The notes beneath the pieces were generated by a model that did not search any database, had not been told where the DNA came from, and saw nothing but the letters and a program-made list of their open reading frames with translations. Below, one piece after another: positions 61,098 to 64,000 of a DNA stretch of 64,000 bases; position 1 is the stretch's first letter, and each line of letters starts with the position of its first letter. The stretch covers positions 226,796,001 through 226,860,000 of the forward strand of contig NC_058368.1 of NCBI RefSeq assembly GCF_018350175.1. Reading direction: 5' to 3'. The stretch is from Felis catus (lineage: Eukaryota). The position numbers and the translations under genes are program-made.

Positions 61098-61595
61098 GGG
61101 GCTATTTCAATATTAATATTTTAATTATCCTTTCCCCCAAGTTATTCACATTTAATCAGGGACCTGGTTTTGTGAAGAGATAAATCTCTTTAGGAAAAAA
61201 GAGTGTGTTCTGGAGATAAAATCTCAGGCCCTGGGCAAGTGCTCACCGGTTCCCTACGCTCAACCTCACCTTGACAGTAACTCCCCTTGACTTTGGCTTC
61301 ACTGAATATGTGCAAAAAGGAGTTCAGAATTGAGCTACGGTAACAGTTTGTTGAAGGTCACAGACTGCTTTCCAAATGTTTGGGATTTAATAAAATTCCA
61401 GATGCATTTGGCCCACAGCAATTTTATTTTGTTTTTAAACCCGCGTGTGCTTTAAAGAGAATTCTATCCACATGTTTTTGATTAATTTATGCTTCAATCA
61501 GTAAAGTTTGGTTTATTTCATAGTTATCTAATGTCCAAGAAGGTTTTTTAAATATGTGTTTAAAAGTACTTTCCTTAAAAAAAAAATTCTAAAGA

Positions 61596-61640
61596 AAAGG
61601 TCAAATAACAGGAAGCTGTGGTTTGCCAAGAGTAAATAAA
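61596..61640. promoter_or_regulatory. Candidate enhancer motif cluster: NBRE, FOX:ETS, RUNX, NFI half-site, forkhead
   Basis: AAAGGTCA 61596-61603, ATAACAGGAAG 61605-61615, TGTGGTT 61617-61623, TGCCAA 61624-61629, GTAAATAAA 61632-61640. Confidence 0.45.
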
Positions 61641-63470
61641 TTTTACACACACACGAGTTTCCATTTTGAGTCCAAACTCCAAACCTGTTATCTTCGTGTT
61701 GTGTCTAAAGAAATGTTAGCAAAACAAATCCTAGTCTCCAAAGTAAGCAGAAAAGTGTCAGGTGAACACAACTGAAAATAACTAACAAAGCATGACACCT
61801 ACAGCCACAGTTGCAAACACCTACCGGCTGATTTGTTAATAGACATTGGCTCTAGAGTATGGGATCAGAAAGAGTACTTAGGTTGGATTGTTGAATTGGA
61901 TTGTTGAATGAGCTTGGGTCAAGTTTTTATTTTCATAGGGTCTCACTTTCCCACATAAGAATATGTAGTTAACAAGGCCTGCCCTACTTATTTCAAGGTG
62001 TTGAAGATAGGGTCAAGGAGTGCGTAGGACAGAAAAGCCTCTTGAAAAATATAAAGTGCTATGCTCTTGCATTGTATCTCAAGAACAGTAATAAAAATGT
62101 ATAATCCTTGCTGTGGCACAAAGAATTTTGCAAAAATGTTGGACTTTTGTTGATTACAATGCAATACTCTTAGTAGGGAAGAAAAGACATTTGAGTTCAG
62201 GTTTTTGGCTTTTTTTTTTTTTTTTGAAAAAAAACCCATCCATTTTATAATGCTATGATACTCTGATCCCCCTTATTTTTTTGATTCAGAGGCATGCAAG
62301 AATAAGTTTTGAATTTTTAAATTATAGAGTTGCAGTAAATACCTATTAAATATATTCCCAATGTGCTAGTCCCTTTAATGTACATTGTTTTTTTTTTAAT
62401 CCTCTCTTAATCCTGTGAAATAGATAGCATGATCTGTAATTCACAGGTGAGGACATGGAAGGAAACTAGTTGAAGGTCACATAGTTAAGTGGGCAAAACA
62501 ACACCCCAACAAGCGTAGCCTCTAGATTACAGATATTTTATTTCCATTAATGAAGTTGTTTCCAACTTCTCAAAAGGTAAGGAAAAAATTCCCAGTTTAA
62601 AAAAAAAATAGTATTACTCTTCCTGTAAGCACAAAGGTAATTTAAAAAAAATAAAACAACTATCTTTAATGCTTTCCTGACTCAACCTTTACTTCCCTTG
62701 GACAAGCGGCTATTTACAATACATCTTTAGTATTAAGTACAACATTTAAGCACTCAGCATTGCCACTGCTGTGATTTGATTAACAAGGAGAATTCTAGTG
62801 CTTCTGTACTGTTGGGGTAAGGTAATGACCCGAGCAGACATACGCCTTGCTAATCCTCTTCAGTTCTATAATGTCATTTTTCTGTGTATTTCTTAAAAAC
62901 CACATCAACAGAGCAGATGGCCCACCTCAAATATTTTCATGACGTTTTAAGGGGACCGAAACCTGGTAATCAGCCTCCTATGTTTGCCCCATGGTGGCCA
63001 TGTTTGTGTGTCTGCAACTTACACATGGCTTTGGGCGTCTACAATTCATGTGTACATTGTCTTTGGGGCAGACAGAGGAGCCCTGGGAAAGAGGTTGACT
63101 GAAGTCTACGGAACAAGTTCCCTTGTCCTCCTGATTACCATAATGTTACTCATATCTGTTGAGTACTCACCTGGAGCAAAAATACCTTTACAATCTGTGT
63201 TTGTTCAGAAAAGTCTATCAAATACCTCTTTTCCAAACCTCCTTACCACCCTTTTGCTAATCATCTTCTTTCTGAGTCCTTGACGATCCAGGCAAACTGT
63301 TAACCACTACCCATGAATCAATGTAGACCTGAATCTCTGGCTTCTTCTTCCAAGAAAGTTGACCTACCACATGTACTGTTCAAAGTTCCAATTATTGGGC
63401 GGATCCTCCTTTACCACTGTCCTTCAAGTAAAATGCTGCAGACATCTACACTCAACCGATGAGAGCATAT

Positions 63471-63645
63471 TGTTAGAAGACAATTCTCTATGGGTCTCTT
63501 GCATTTCTGTACATCTTATGAGCAGATGCGTTTGATGGCCTTTGTTTTAGACTGTCTTTTAAAGTATGTTTGTATAGTAAACAACCTTGGGAGATAGAGA
63601 TAGTGTCTATCCACAACAGAGGTCATGTTTGTTTACTGTCAATAA
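63471..63645 (+). mobile_element. ERV-L LTR (LTR40-like), 5' part; 3' extent uncertain
   Basis: tgttagaagacaattctctatgggtctcttgcatttctg...gtttgtatagtaaacaaccttgggagatagagatagtgtct. Confidence 0.75.
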
Positions 63646-64000
63646 TGGTGAAGGTTCTGAGATTTTATCCACTGAAAAGCCAACAAGTTCATCTCCCATG
63701 GTTTCAAGTAAAACAGAGATGCTCCTGGGCCTGGACAGCTACATGTTGAACATCCCATTTCCACCTTCATTAGTCATAAAGTCCAAGTTAACCTACCCCT
63801 ACAGAGGGAGAGCAGCTCCTCGCCAGGAAGGCAGACAGACTTACTTTCTGTTTTGTGCAGAGTGGAACCTGCTTATAGCTCAACCCTCAGGCTGGAGGGT
63901 CACGAGGTCTCCATGGGTCAAGCATTTGATTTTAACAAGAGGCTAGTCATGAGCTAATAACTACTTTTCAAAAGGGATGTATGGAAGCTAAGTCAAGGCA

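Noticed and set aside
1-64000. CRISPR array, operon or prokaryotic defence system
   Set aside because: The DNA is mammalian; there is no regularly spaced repeat-spacer array and no dense coding region.

Overview
Mammalian genomic DNA, almost certainly from a felid and probably Felinae, judging by about 30 tRNA-derived carnivore SINEs (several are young SINEC_Fc-type copies with exact target-site duplications, TSDs) and L1_Fc-type 3' ends. It is a draft assembly with two N gaps. I see no intact protein-coding gene, RNA gene or CRISPR array, so the window looks intergenic or intronic. The main non-repeat feature is an old, heavily decayed processed pseudogene of MARK2 on the minus strand (about 29819-32686). 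It runs intron-free from the exon-2 sequence through the kinase, UBA and spacer regions, then jumps across a large deletion into the MARK2 3' UTR and ends at the poly(A) site. It is interrupted by a MER82-like Tigger MITE (TA duplication) and a felid SINE. Other content: an ERV-L remnant (LTR plus gag and protease), MaLR (MLT1) LTRs, a solo ERV1-type LTR, an LTR40-like LTR, hAT MITEs, L1/L2 fragments, long poly-G/poly-C tracts and several dense transcription-factor motif clusters. Repeat family names and MARK2 comparisons come from my memory of consensus sequences and need RepeatMasker/BLAST confirmation. I did not find convincing evidence of a new biological system.
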